From Spirochaetia bacterium (GTDB lineage Bacteria > Spirochaetota > Spirochaetia > UBA9216), in NCBI GenBank assembly GCA_963677925.2, contig CAXXYH010000004.1:1376001-1440000 (forward strand): 64,000 bases of DNA, read 5' to 3'. Positions 1 through 9,224 of the stretch are shown piece by piece. The position numbers and the translations under genes were made by a program. The notes under the pieces are model-generated. The model was not told the DNA's origin. It worked only from the letters and a program-made list of their open reading frames with translations, and made no database searches. Within the stretch, counting starts at the first letter, position 1, and every line of letters begins with the position of its first letter.

Positions 1-2
1 CA

Positions 3-617
3 CTTGCCAGGGGTATCGACTATTACGAGCTTGGTATTACCAGGTTTGTTGGGAACGCGCTTGTAACCCTGCTTCGATTCAATGAATACAGCAGTATTGA
101 TGATCTCAGAAAGCTTCTGGGTTCCGGAAATCCTCTGGGTAAATCCAAGTGGCTGGATCTTTCCGGTATGATTGCTCCGGAAGCCGCGCTTGAAGAGCTG
201 TACACCAGAATTGAAAACGGTGAATTAAAAGAGTTGAATGAGGTAGGGCAGGGTTTTAAGCAGATTTATGAGAATTATGCCTCATATGAGCTTGCCTGGA
301 ATACCGAGCAGCTTGAACAGCGTTACGGTAAACCATATACGGAACTGACTGCCGCTGATATTTCCTCATTTCTTGATGACTGGCTTGATGCTGTTGAAAC
401 CCTGGATAATATGCGCTGTGAAGATGCCCGGAAGGAATTTAACGGTACCGCTATGGTCGGTTTCGGTATTGACGGTGATGTTGCAGTCAGGAAGGCTGAT
501 TTTATCGAGGTCCGGGGAGATGAAAACTCCAATACTTTTATCACCGAGCTGAAGCAGCGGCTGACTCTGAAGCAGGGAACAGTCCGGGACCTCAAGAAGA
601 AGCTTGCCGGTTTATAA
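3..617 (+). CDS. DUF4954-family protein, C-terminal part (5' truncated by window edge)
   Basis: Frame is open from position 3 (LARGIDYY...WLDLSGMIAP) into the listed ORF. Motifs WxDLSGMIAP and DARKEF...GFGIDG...DF.EVRG recall DUF4954. Confidence 0.7.
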   Translation, partial: LARGIDYYELGITRFVGNALVTLLRFNEYSSIDDLRKLLGSGNPLGKSKWLDLSGMIAPEAALEELYTRIENGELKELNEVGQGFKQIYENYASYELAWNTEQLEQRYGKPYTELTAADISSFLDDWLDAVETLDNMRCEDARKEFNGTAMVGFGIDGDVAVRKADFIEVRGDENSNTFITELKQRLTLKQGTVRDLKKKLAGL

Positions 618-638
618 CTGTTCCCTGTACAGCAGCAT

Positions 639-3600
639 TTAAATTATAGTTTCATCCTTCCACATTGATTCATCCGGTTTTTCGCCGGAAAGCAGCCGAT
701 CTTTAAGATTTACTGTTTTTTCATCGGCTGTAACCTTGTAGTAGGTCTGCAGTTTCTTATTCAGTTTGTCGAATAATCTTGGAATTTCGCTTCTGTTTCC
801 GACTGCAGCGCTTGCAATCATCAGCAGGCGATAGGCCGGTTCGCAGAGCGGATCGGCATCAATTAGAATCTTTGCCCACTCAAGAGCCTCTCTGAAGCCG
901 GCTGTGTTGATTGAAAGCATTGTCATCTTGAAAAGAAGGTTCCGGTAACGGCTTTTCAGGTTTTCCCTTTCATCGCGGATAAAGTCGTAGTAAAGATCGC
1001 TTTCAAGAAAATCACCCTTATATGTCTCGATGGCCGATTTGTACATCATTATGGCATGATCAAAGTTGTTCTTCTTTTCGGCATCTGCTCCCATCTCTAT
1101 GTATTCAAGGAAGCGGTCAACATCGGTGATCGCAGTGTTTTCCTTAAACCTGATGGAGTTCACATCGGTGGACAGGAAATCAGTCTTGTCGTTGAGCAGT
1201 TTTCTCAGGCGGTAGATGATTGTGTTAAGGTTGTCTCTGGCGCTCTTATAGGAATAGCGCGGCCAGAAAAGCTCATACAGCCGTTCCTTCATAACTCCGT
1301 TTTTGCGGTAAACCACCAGAAGTTTCAGCAGATCCATTACCCTTTTCTGTCCGCCGAGCAAATCGGCAGATATCTCTTTTCCGAAAACAAAAACCTTGAA
1401 GCTTCCCAGAGTTTCAATCTCAAGATCATACTGGGTATTTGAGAGCTCCTCAAACTGCTTTTCATCTTTCAGTCTCGGGAAATTTTCGAAGGCCCTGTGT
1501 CCGCTGAGTTCGGAGATTTCTTTGAGCAGCTCCGGAGAGCAGACGTCAAGGTTCGTGTATTTCCGTTTTAAAATGACATCTTCCATTTCTCTGAAATGCT
1601 CATCAGCCCCGGATGGATCGCCTTCCTTGCTGCAGATATAACCGAGCAGTGCCTTTGCTGTGGCAAATGAATAAGGTGCATTGCTGCTGTTGATTTTCTG
1701 CAGGAGTTTACTCAGGATTTTTCTGCTTTTCTGTCCGTTCCCGGCGAAAATGCTAACCTCTGCCAGGGCTATGTGACTGAATGGAAAATCTGCATTTAAA
1801 AGTTTTTCATTCTCCTTTTCCATCAGCCGGTTGCAGTAGTATTCAGTTCGGTGGACATTATTGTTTCTGTAGGCCAGGAGCATCTCAAACAGGAAGTTGA
1901 TATTATAGAGCAGGTATAGGTTTTCACCTGTATCACTGTCTTTCAAATGTGCATAATGGCTGTCTGCCTTCTCGGTGTTATGAGTATAAAGATTATAGAA
2001 AACCAGGTTCAGATACAGATAGGGCCTGAATGCAAAATCCTTGCCTGAGCTTGAGATGGCCTTGTGGATTCTGTTGATAGCTGCGGGAATTTCCCCTTTA
2101 TAGAAGAAAATGTCTCCCATATAAAAGCTCAGCAGGCTGTTGTAGTATTTATACAGGTGAAGTGTTCCCTCTGAAAACATCTTTTCGGTGTTTTCAAGCA
2201 GTCCCATGGCCTGGTCAAATTCACCTCTTGAGATGTATATCTTTGATAGTACAAGCCTGGAGCAGAGAAAAGCCTCTTCATTGTTGATCTTGTTGGACAT
2301 CTCTTCTGCCCGGAGTGCAATCTCAAATGCTTTTTCCCGCGAGGCTCCGCTCCACCACTGTCCAAGAGGGATAAGGGCTTCAAGCAGTTCTTTCTGGTCC
2401 TGGTTTATCTGGCTTCCGCTGGTTATGAGGAAGTCTTCCGCCATATTGATTATATTCCCGACAGTCTCTGCGTTTGTCTGAAAGAAGAAATAGTTGGTAA
2501 GAAGTACTGCGTATATGGATGCTTCCTTGTTGTGTTCGCCCATGCTTCTGAATACATATAAAAGTTTCAGCAGTTTTTTTCTTGAGGTTTCCGGCTGCAT
2601 CAGGTTTTTAACCACTGCTTCATAATATGCCAGATACGGGTCTTCCTCTCTCATTTCTTCAGGAAAGTAGTTGAGAACCTCGTGTATGGCTTCATGCTCA
2701 TTGTTTTTTATTAGTTCTTCGGATAGTTCAATAAGTTCGGTTTTTGCACGTTCAAGCTCACCTGCTTCAGCCAGATACATAATCGGCGTATAAGGATCGT
2801 CTTCCTCTTCTTTATAGTAAGCTGCAGCATCGATAAGCGTCTGCCGTCTGTCATCCTCGGGCATTTCATCGAATTCATATTTCAGATAAGTCTGAAACAG
2901 CGGATTGAATCCATACATGTATTTTATGGGTTCATCACTCCAGACGAACAGGTTCTTATTCTGCAGCATCTCTATGAAATCGAGTCCGCTGACGCCGGTC
3001 AGAGCTTCAACCAGTTCCGGCGTAAACTCATGAACGCAGCTGAGCTTATACAGCTGCGGAATAAGAGCATCATCAAGTCTTGCAAGAACCTGTGATTCAA
3101 AAAAGTCATCAAGCTCAGGTGTACCCTTGTCATGCAGGAAATTCTCAAGCAGAGCTTCCCCTTCTTTTCTGTTAAGGGTACAGAGTTTTTCCATCAGAAA
3201 GATGATTCCTGTGATCCATCCGTCGGTCACTTCAAGAAGCCTGTCGAGGACTATTGAGTCAAAACTCATGTCGTAAACGCTGTACAGCAGATCGCGGATT
3301 TCTTCACGGCTGAATGCCAGATCCCGGTTTTTCAGTTCGGTGAGTTCTTTACGTGAGCGGATATGTGCCAGAGAAAGTTCAGGGGCTTCACGTGTCAGTA
3401 TTATTATCCTGGCTTTTTCGATAAGCATATCAAGCAGGTGCTCAAAAGCGGTCGATACTTCCTGGTTGCTGTTAACAACCTCGTATTTATCAAAGACAAT
3501 AAAGAGATCATCCGGTATAAGATCGAGGACCCTCTCGCAGAAATCCTCTACGTCTTCAAGAATGTCACGCTCTTCATTTACCAGATAGGGAGCTTTGTCA

Positions 3601-3863
3601 TCTGCCGGATTGCCGGTAAACGCTCTTATATAGCTTTCCAGATAATCCAGTAAAACCTTGTAATCAAGGTCCCAGTCATCAAGAGTATTCCATATACATT
3701 CTTTATCTTCGGAATTGATGTAGTCGATAGCGGCAGTGGTCTTTCCCTGACCTGGTGCGCCTTCAATAAAAATAACTCGTTTTTCTTCGAAAAACCTAAA
3801 AAGTCTAGTGCGTGAGTGCACTTTCTTGATTTCCGGTGGTAGGTATTCCCTTGGTCCCGGCAT
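639..3863 (-). CDS. MalT-like STAND ATPase / TPR / wHTH-BTAD transcriptional regulator
   Basis: N-terminal R.RL...GAPGQGKTT Walker A, MalT-like 'LAFSREE' and 'T.GW.G' motifs, C-terminal 'TLGSF...LFWP...IYRLRKLL...Y.GDFL...DPLCE' SARP/BTAD signature. Confidence 0.85.
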   Translation of the reverse strand: MPGPREYLPPEIKKVHSRTRLFRFFEEKRVIFIEGAPGQGKTTAAIDYINSEDKECIWNTLDDWDLDYKVLLDYLESYIRAFTGNPADDKAPYLVNEERDILEDVEDFCERVLDLIPDDLFIVFDKYEVVNSNQEVSTAFEHLLDMLIEKARIIILTREAPELSLAHIRSRKELTELKNRDLAFSREEIRDLLYSVYDMSFDSIVLDRLLEVTDGWITGIIFLMEKLCTLNRKEGEALLENFLHDKGTPELDDFFESQVLARLDDALIPQLYKLSCVHEFTPELVEALTGVSGLDFIEMLQNKNLFVWSDEPIKYMYGFNPLFQTYLKYEFDEMPEDDRRQTLIDAAAYYKEEEDDPYTPIMYLAEAGELERAKTELIELSEELIKNNEHEAIHEVLNYFPEEMREEDPYLAYYEAVVKNLMQPETSRKKLLKLLYVFRSMGEHNKEASIYAVLLTNYFFFQTNAETVGNIINMAEDFLITSGSQINQDQKELLEALIPLGQWWSGASREKAFEIALRAEEMSNKINNEEAFLCSRLVLSKIYISRGEFDQAMGLLENTEKMFSEGTLHLYKYYNSLLSFYMGDIFFYKGEIPAAINRIHKAISSSGKDFAFRPYLYLNLVFYNLYTHNTEKADSHYAHLKDSDTGENLYLLYNINFLFEMLLAYRNNNVHRTEYYCNRLMEKENEKLLNADFPFSHIALAEVSIFAGNGQKSRKILSKLLQKINSSNAPYSFATAKALLGYICSKEGDPSGADEHFREMEDVILKRKYTNLDVCSPELLKEISELSGHRAFENFPRLKDEKQFEELSNTQYDLEIETLGSFKVFVFGKEISADLLGGQKRVMDLLKLLVVYRKNGVMKERLYELFWPRYSYKSARDNLNTIIYRLRKLLNDKTDFLSTDVNSIRFKENTAITDVDRFLEYIEMGADAEKKNNFDHAIMMYKSAIETYKGDFLESDLYYDFIRDERENLKSRYRNLLFKMTMLSINTAGFREALEWAKILIDADPLCEPAYRLLMIASAAVGNRSEIPRLFDKLNKKLQTYYKVTADEKTVNLKDRLLSGEKPDESMWKDETII

Positions 3864-3992
3864 AATTTCACCTCATTTTACAGCAAATTCCGTAAATGAC
3901 AGGGCTGTGTCATAATCTGTTCAGAGCTGTGATAGGACATTATTGTATAAAATTAAACAAATGACAATCTTTTTATAATGAGGTACGAATAA

Positions 3993-5300
3993 ATGAATAG
4001 CGGTCCTAAAAGCAGAGCAATGTTTGAACGGGCAAAAAAATCAATTCCTGGCGGTGTTTCATCGAACTTCAGGTACTGGGGTGATGACAAAACACTCGTC
4101 GTAAAGAATGCGAAAGGCGCCTATCTCTGGGACCAGGATGACAACAAGTATGTCGATTACAGACTGGGTTTCGGCCCGGTAATTCTCGGACATGCGAGAG
4201 AGGAAATTAGAGAGTATGTGGCTGAGGCCATGAAGATCGGTAATGCGTTTGCAATGACTAATCCATATGAAATCAGTGTTGCTGAGAAGATCAGAGCTAT
4301 GACAGGTGTAGATCTTGTAAGATTTACAAATACCGGAACAGAAGCAACCATGGGTGCAATCAGAATTGCTAGAGCATTTACCGACAGAAATGATGTTCTG
4401 AAATTTGACGGAGCCTACCACGGCTTCCATGATTATACACTTTGGAATACTTATCCGCCTGTATCAGGTGTAGGATACAGAAACTCTCCGTTTCTTGTTC
4501 CACAGGGCTCCGGTATTCCGGCACTTATAAGCGACCTTGTGTGGTCACTTCCTTTTAACGATTTTGAGCTTCTCGAAAGAAAGCTTCATGAAAAATGGCA
4601 TGATATAGCATGTATTATTGTAGAACCGCTTCTCGGTAACCAGGCTTCAATTATGCCGCAGCCGGGCTTCCTTGATTTTATCAGAAAGAAATGTGATGAA
4701 TACGGTATCGTAATGATCATGGATGAAGTTAAAACCGGATTCCGTATAGCTCCGGGCGGGGCACAGGAATACTTCAATGTTAAAGCCGACCTTGTAACCT
4801 ATGCAAAGTGTCTTGGTAACGGTTTTCCTGTAGCAGCAATCGCCGGTAAAGAAGAGATTATGGGTGAAGTAGGTCCCGGAAAGATTCCTCACGGCGGAAC
4901 CTACGGTTCAAACGTTGTTTCAATGGCTGCAGCCGACAAGGTTCTTGATCTTATGGCTGCCGGTGAGCTGGACAAGGTTAACAGGCACGGAGCACTTCTT
5001 AAGGAAGGATTCAAGAAAATCCTCGATAAAGCAGGTGTGAACTATGTTGTTCAGGGACCTGATGCAATGCCGGGTATCATTTTCACCGATAAGGAAGAAT
5101 GTATTGAGTATCAGGACTGGGCAGACGGAGATCATGAACTTTACAGTGCTATTATCGATAAATGTATGGAAAAGGGCCTTATGCCCGACCATGATTCGAG
5201 AGAGCCCTGGTTTATTTCATCAGCTCACACTGATGAAGATGCAGAATTCTCACTTAACGCTTTTGAAGAAGCAGTAAAGGAAGTTCTTGCTGACTGGTAG
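3993..5300 (+). CDS. Class III PLP aminotransferase (GSA-aminomutase/HemL-like)
   Basis: IPGGVSSNFR, GPVILGH, GTEATM.AIRIAR, YHG.HD, DEVKTGFR, AKCLGNGFP (PLP Lys), GTYGSN. Confidence 0.9.
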   Translation: MNSGPKSRAMFERAKKSIPGGVSSNFRYWGDDKTLVVKNAKGAYLWDQDDNKYVDYRLGFGPVILGHAREEIREYVAEAMKIGNAFAMTNPYEISVAEKIRAMTGVDLVRFTNTGTEATMGAIRIARAFTDRNDVLKFDGAYHGFHDYTLWNTYPPVSGVGYRNSPFLVPQGSGIPALISDLVWSLPFNDFELLERKLHEKWHDIACIIVEPLLGNQASIMPQPGFLDFIRKKCDEYGIVMIMDEVKTGFRIAPGGAQEYFNVKADLVTYAKCLGNGFPVAAIAGKEEIMGEVGPGKIPHGGTYGSNVVSMAAADKVLDLMAAGELDKVNRHGALLKEGFKKILDKAGVNYVVQGPDAMPGIIFTDKEECIEYQDWADGDHELYSAIIDKCMEKGLMPDHDSREPWFISSAHTDEDAEFSLNAFEEAVKEVLADW

Positions 5301-5429
5301 AATATAAATGACAACCCCTGAATAGGGGTTGATCTTAATTATCACTCCTTTAACATGGCTGTGTCAGAGATGAGACAGCCATTATTTATAGAATGATTAG
5401 TCAATCTATATTAAGACAGGAGGAGATTA

Positions 5430-6938
5430 TTGAACGGTTCAGTAGTACAACTGCATGTCCTGGATTGGTTGATTCTGGGACTGTACATTGCGTTCATGCT
5501 CTTTGTCGGGTTTTATTTCTCGAAAAAGAAGCAGGGATTCGATGACTATTTCATGGCCGGCAGGACTCTTACAGCACCACTGCTTGTAGGAACCCTGGTA
5601 TCAACATTCTACGGGCTGGATACCCTTTTTGGAACATCAGAGGTTGGGTTCTATGAAGGAATATCCGCTTTCTTTGCATACTCGCTGCCTTATACGGCAC
5701 TGTATGTAGTAATGGCGTTCCTGGCGCCGAAATTCAAGGAGCTGTTTCCGGACGGAACGACAATGCAGGACATTGCGTTCAAAAAGTACGGAAAACCGGC
5801 AGGTATTTTCACTTCCATTGCGGCGTTCCTGTATTCGACCAACACAATGGAAATGATGGGGATCGGATTCATCCTGAATCTGATTACCGGAATGCCTATC
5901 TGGGCAGGAATCCTGATAGGTGCCGCCCTGGTACTGATCTATACGATCACCGGAGGTCTGTGGGCGGTAACAATGACCGACTTTATACAGTTCATCTCAA
6001 TGATGATAACAGTCGGTATCGCACTTATAATCGGCTGGAAGGCAATAGGCGGATATGAAAATGTCTTTAACGGTCTGATCGAGTGGACCGGAAGCGCCGA
6101 AGATGCCAGCTATTTCTTCAGTGCGGGTGCAGGCTACCTGAGTCCCTGGACTCTGGTTTCATATTCAATCACTGCTTTTGCAGTGCTTGCGGAACCTGCA
6201 TTCTTCCAGAGGGTTTTTGCATCAGCAGGACCTAAGGAAATTAAAAAGGCCTTTGCTGCCGGTGTTCCGATGTGGCTGTCGTTTGACTGGTGTGTCACAT
6301 TTCTGGGAATCCTTGGTGCGGCCGCAATTGGACTGGGAATTATCCCTGAGGTTGAAGCCAACCAGGCTCTGTTTGCAGTATGCGGACAGTATCTGCCGGT
6401 AGGACTTCTGGGTGTCTTTGTTGCAGGTGTATTTGCCGCGGCAATGTCAACTGCTGATTCCTACTTCCTGGTTGCGGGCGGTGTTATCGGATATGATATT
6501 TACAAGAATACCATTAATCCGAAGGCTGACTCTGCAAAGGTTGAAAAGATGACCAAGCTTGGAATGCTGCTTTCTGCGGCTCTGTCCATAGGTCTTTCAT
6601 TCACCTTTGATGCTATAATGGAAGTATGGGTATTCCAGGCTACGATTATTCTTTCAGTTGCCCTGGTTCCGGTATACTTTGGAGCATTCAGCAAGAAGCC
6701 GGTTAAAAAGATTGCCGGTACACTGTCTACAGCTGTAGGTCTGATACTCTCAGTTGTATGGTATATCTGGTCTAACTTCTTCGGAACATGGAGTGATGAC
6801 TGGGAAGTATATCTTGTTAAAGTCGGTAAGTTTGAGATCTGGCAGGAGCAGGGTATTCTTATAATTGTTCCTACGGTAATAATCATTTACCTGGTTGCAA
6901 ATGCTCTTGGTAAAAAGACCGTAGAGGAGGTAGTTTAA
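5430..6938 (+). CDS. Sodium:solute symporter (SSS) family transporter
   Basis: DYFMAGR, YTITGGLWAVTMTDFIQ, AAAMSTADS motifs; about 13 hydrophobic segments; AGGAG RBS before TTG. Confidence 0.93.
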   Translation: MNGSVVQLHVLDWLILGLYIAFMLFVGFYFSKKKQGFDDYFMAGRTLTAPLLVGTLVSTFYGLDTLFGTSEVGFYEGISAFFAYSLPYTALYVVMAFLAPKFKELFPDGTTMQDIAFKKYGKPAGIFTSIAAFLYSTNTMEMMGIGFILNLITGMPIWAGILIGAALVLIYTITGGLWAVTMTDFIQFISMMITVGIALIIGWKAIGGYENVFNGLIEWTGSAEDASYFFSAGAGYLSPWTLVSYSITAFAVLAEPAFFQRVFASAGPKEIKKAFAAGVPMWLSFDWCVTFLGILGAAAIGLGIIPEVEANQALFAVCGQYLPVGLLGVFVAGVFAAAMSTADSYFLVAGGVIGYDIYKNTINPKADSAKVEKMTKLGMLLSAALSIGLSFTFDAIMEVWVFQATIILSVALVPVYFGAFSKKPVKKIAGTLSTAVGLILSVVWYIWSNFFGTWSDDWEVYLVKVGKFEIWQEQGILIIVPTVIIIYLVANALGKKTVEEVV

Positions 6939-7060
6939 TGGGTTGGAATGTAACTTGTTATATTATGGGTGCCATTTCCATAATCGGTCCCATATGTCTT
7001 ATATTCTGGTATGTCCAGGGTGCAAAGGCTCAGCTGAAAAGGCTGCATAATAAAGAATAA
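6938..7060 (+). CDS. 40-aa single-TM small protein (not in ORF track), putative SSS accessory subunit
   Basis: TAATG overlap with the SSS stop and GAGGAGG RBS at 6924-6930. Sequence MGWNVTCYIMGAISIIGPICLIFWYVQGAKAQLKRLHNKE is a hydrophobic helix plus basic tail. Confidence 0.75.
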   Translation: MGWNVTCYIMGAISIIGPICLIFWYVQGAKAQLKRLHNKE

Positions 7061-7112
7061 AATTCTGATAAATCCAATTTGGAAGCATCAGAGGATTACA
7101 TCAGTATTAATT

Positions 7113-7140
7113 GCAGATCCGGTAATAGCACCGGATCTGC
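7113..7140 (+). other. Intercistronic 11-bp stem-loop (mRNA stabiliser or processing site)
   Basis: gcagatccggt-aatagc-accggatctgc perfect inverted repeat with no U-tract. Confidence 0.5.
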
Positions 7141-7211
7141 TCAATTATAATAAATAGGCAGGTTTCTGTCTGAACAAACGGCCGTAAAGGTTTATTTTGA
7201 GGTAAAAGAAC

Positions 7212-8432
7212 ATGAAAAAGGTAATAGTTGTCGGTGTAGGTGCACAGGGAAGTACTATTGCAAGAAGACTTGATGAAGAGAAAAATGTAGCTGAGGTAAT
7301 CTGTGCTGATTATGACCAGAAAGCCGCCGAAAGTATTGCCGCCCAGCTGACAAAGGCAAAGGCTGTGCAGCTTAATGCAAAGAATACTGATGAAATTATA
7401 AAAGCAGCAGCGGGCTGTGATTTAATTGTAAACGGACTCGATCCTAACTTTAATATGAATGTGATGGATGCTGCACTGGCTGTCGGTGCATGCTATCAGG
7501 ATCTCGCTTCAGGTCCGGTAAGCGACCTGGATTTCGTTTCAGCTGTAAAGCGCTGTCTCAACAGAAATGATGAGTTTGCTGCAAAGGGGCTTACAGCTCT
7601 CATTAATACCGGTTCAGCACCAGGAATGGCCAATGTGCTTACAAGGCACGGAGTTGAAAAACTCGACAGCTGTGACAAAATTGATATCTTTGTTTACGAT
7701 GAAATATGGTCAAAGAAGTTTATTCCGTTCTGGTGGTCACCCCAGACTGCCTTCGGCGATATGGCTGCAGAACCGATTCTTTATAAAAACGGTGAGTTTG
7801 TAAAAGTTCCTCCATTCAATAATCCGCAGATGACCGAGTTCAAGGGCGTAGGCGAGAAGAGAATGGTCGACCACGAGCATGAAGAGCCTGTTACAATGGG
7901 ACTTCTTTCGGGCAAGGTACTTAAGGGCGTTAAGGAAGTAAACTTCCGTTACGGCGGTCCCGGACTTGAGCTTGCAGAATCACTCTATAAAATGGGGCTG
8001 CTCTCAGATGAAAAAATTGAAGTTAAGGGTACAGAAATCGTACCTATGGACATAGTTTCAAAGCTCACTCCTCCGGCTCCCAAGTATGCCGATGAAATCA
8101 AGGCTGTTCTTGATGAAGGTATGGTTTCAGAAGACGGAGTTTTTCTTGTAAGGGTTGAGGGTGTTAAAGACGGAAGAAAGGTCAGAATCGATCTCTACTG
8201 TCTTGCTCCGGGCCTTACAGAAGCTTTTGAAAAAGCAGGAATTACACATGAATCCTACCTTACAGGTCAGGCCGCCTTCCTTTTTACTAAGATGTTTGTA
8301 AACGATGTAATCACAACAAAGGGATGTTTTCCGCCTGAGGTTCTCGAATCAAAAGAAAGGGAATATTACCTTTCCGAAGCTGCCAAACTTGACATTCTCG
8401 TAGATGAGATTGTTGAGACAAGGCTTTATTAA
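7212..8432 (+). CDS. Saccharopine dehydrogenase / carboxy(nor)spermidine dehydrogenase-like oxidoreductase
   Basis: GVGAQG Rossmann motif, YQDLA, GSAPGMANV, HEHEE motif, C-terminal G.FPPE. Confidence 0.85.
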   Translation: MKKVIVVGVGAQGSTIARRLDEEKNVAEVICADYDQKAAESIAAQLTKAKAVQLNAKNTDEIIKAAAGCDLIVNGLDPNFNMNVMDAALAVGACYQDLASGPVSDLDFVSAVKRCLNRNDEFAAKGLTALINTGSAPGMANVLTRHGVEKLDSCDKIDIFVYDEIWSKKFIPFWWSPQTAFGDMAAEPILYKNGEFVKVPPFNNPQMTEFKGVGEKRMVDHEHEEPVTMGLLSGKVLKGVKEVNFRYGGPGLELAESLYKMGLLSDEKIEVKGTEIVPMDIVSKLTPPAPKYADEIKAVLDEGMVSEDGVFLVRVEGVKDGRKVRIDLYCLAPGLTEAFEKAGITHESYLTGQAAFLFTKMFVNDVITTKGCFPPEVLESKEREYYLSEAAKLDILVDEIVETRLY

Positions 8433-8476
8433 GTCTTCTTAAGGAAGTAGTTTTCTACCCCCTTAAAAAATACCCG

Positions 8477-8511
8477 GGGCTGCCTTACTTGTAGGGCAGC
8501 CCAGTTTTTTT
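8477..8511 (+). terminator. Intrinsic terminator
   Basis: gggctgcctta-cttg-tagggcagccc followed by a T-tract. Confidence 0.8.
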
Positions 8512-8628
8512 GATATTTGAACTTCTTGCAAAACTATCTTATTTTCGCTTTTTACCCGCTCCGGATTATTTAATTGTAAAATTCAACAAGCTGTCATAAA
8601 ATTGAGAATATTCTAAAAGGAGAACATT

Positions 8629-9162
8629 ATGAAAACAAGAACGCTATTTCTGTTTCTGATACTTCTGACCGGACTGCTTCTTCCAGCGATGGTATTTGCC
8701 CAGGCTGAAGATATTACAGGATTATGGAAGACTATTGATGATGAAACCGGCAACCCTAAGGGAGTTGTTGCCATCTATAAGTATAATGGAATGATTTACG
8801 GCCGTGTGCTCTGTTCCTTCGACGATTTCGGAGTAATAGAGGATGATCTTTACCGGCAGGAAAAGAAATCTCCTTTTCTCAAAGGTGAGCCGGCATTTAA
8901 CGGTCTTACTATTATTTGGGAAATGAAAGACAAAAAGAAAAAATGGGGCGGCGGAAAGATTATGGATCCGGGTGATGAAGAAAAGAAACCGGGAATCTAT
9001 GACTGTGAACTCTGGAAGGAAGACGGCAACCTTATCGTCCGTGGAAAGATTCTGTTTATAGGACGTAACCAGACATGGCTGCCATTCAGTGAATCGGAAT
9101 TTCCTGCAGGATTCAAGGTTCCTGACTGGAGAAACTTCAGGCCTGAAATCCCCGAACTCTGA
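8629..9162 (+). CDS. DUF2147-family secreted protein
   Basis: Signal peptide; G.WKTIDDETG.PK, GGKIMDP, L.VRG.I..IGR.QTW motifs. Confidence 0.88.
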   Translation: MKTRTLFLFLILLTGLLLPAMVFAQAEDITGLWKTIDDETGNPKGVVAIYKYNGMIYGRVLCSFDDFGVIEDDLYRQEKKSPFLKGEPAFNGLTIIWEMKDKKKKWGGGKIMDPGDEEKKPGIYDCELWKEDGNLIVRGKILFIGRNQTWLPFSESEFPAGFKVPDWRNFRPEIPEL

Positions 9163-9166
9163 TAAT

Positions 9167-9207
9167 AAAAAATCCGCTGAGAACTGCAGTTTTCAGCGGA
9201 TTTTTTT
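9167..9207. terminator. Bidirectional intrinsic terminator between convergent genes
   Basis: aaaaaatccgctgagaact-gc-agttttcagcggattttttt. Confidence 0.85.
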
Positions 9208-9224
9208 ATAACCGGGGTTATTGT

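Noticed and set aside
3993-5300. Calling the aminotransferase hemL
   Set aside because: No tetrapyrrole genes nearby and the transporter/dehydrogenase context suggests another role; symbol withheld.
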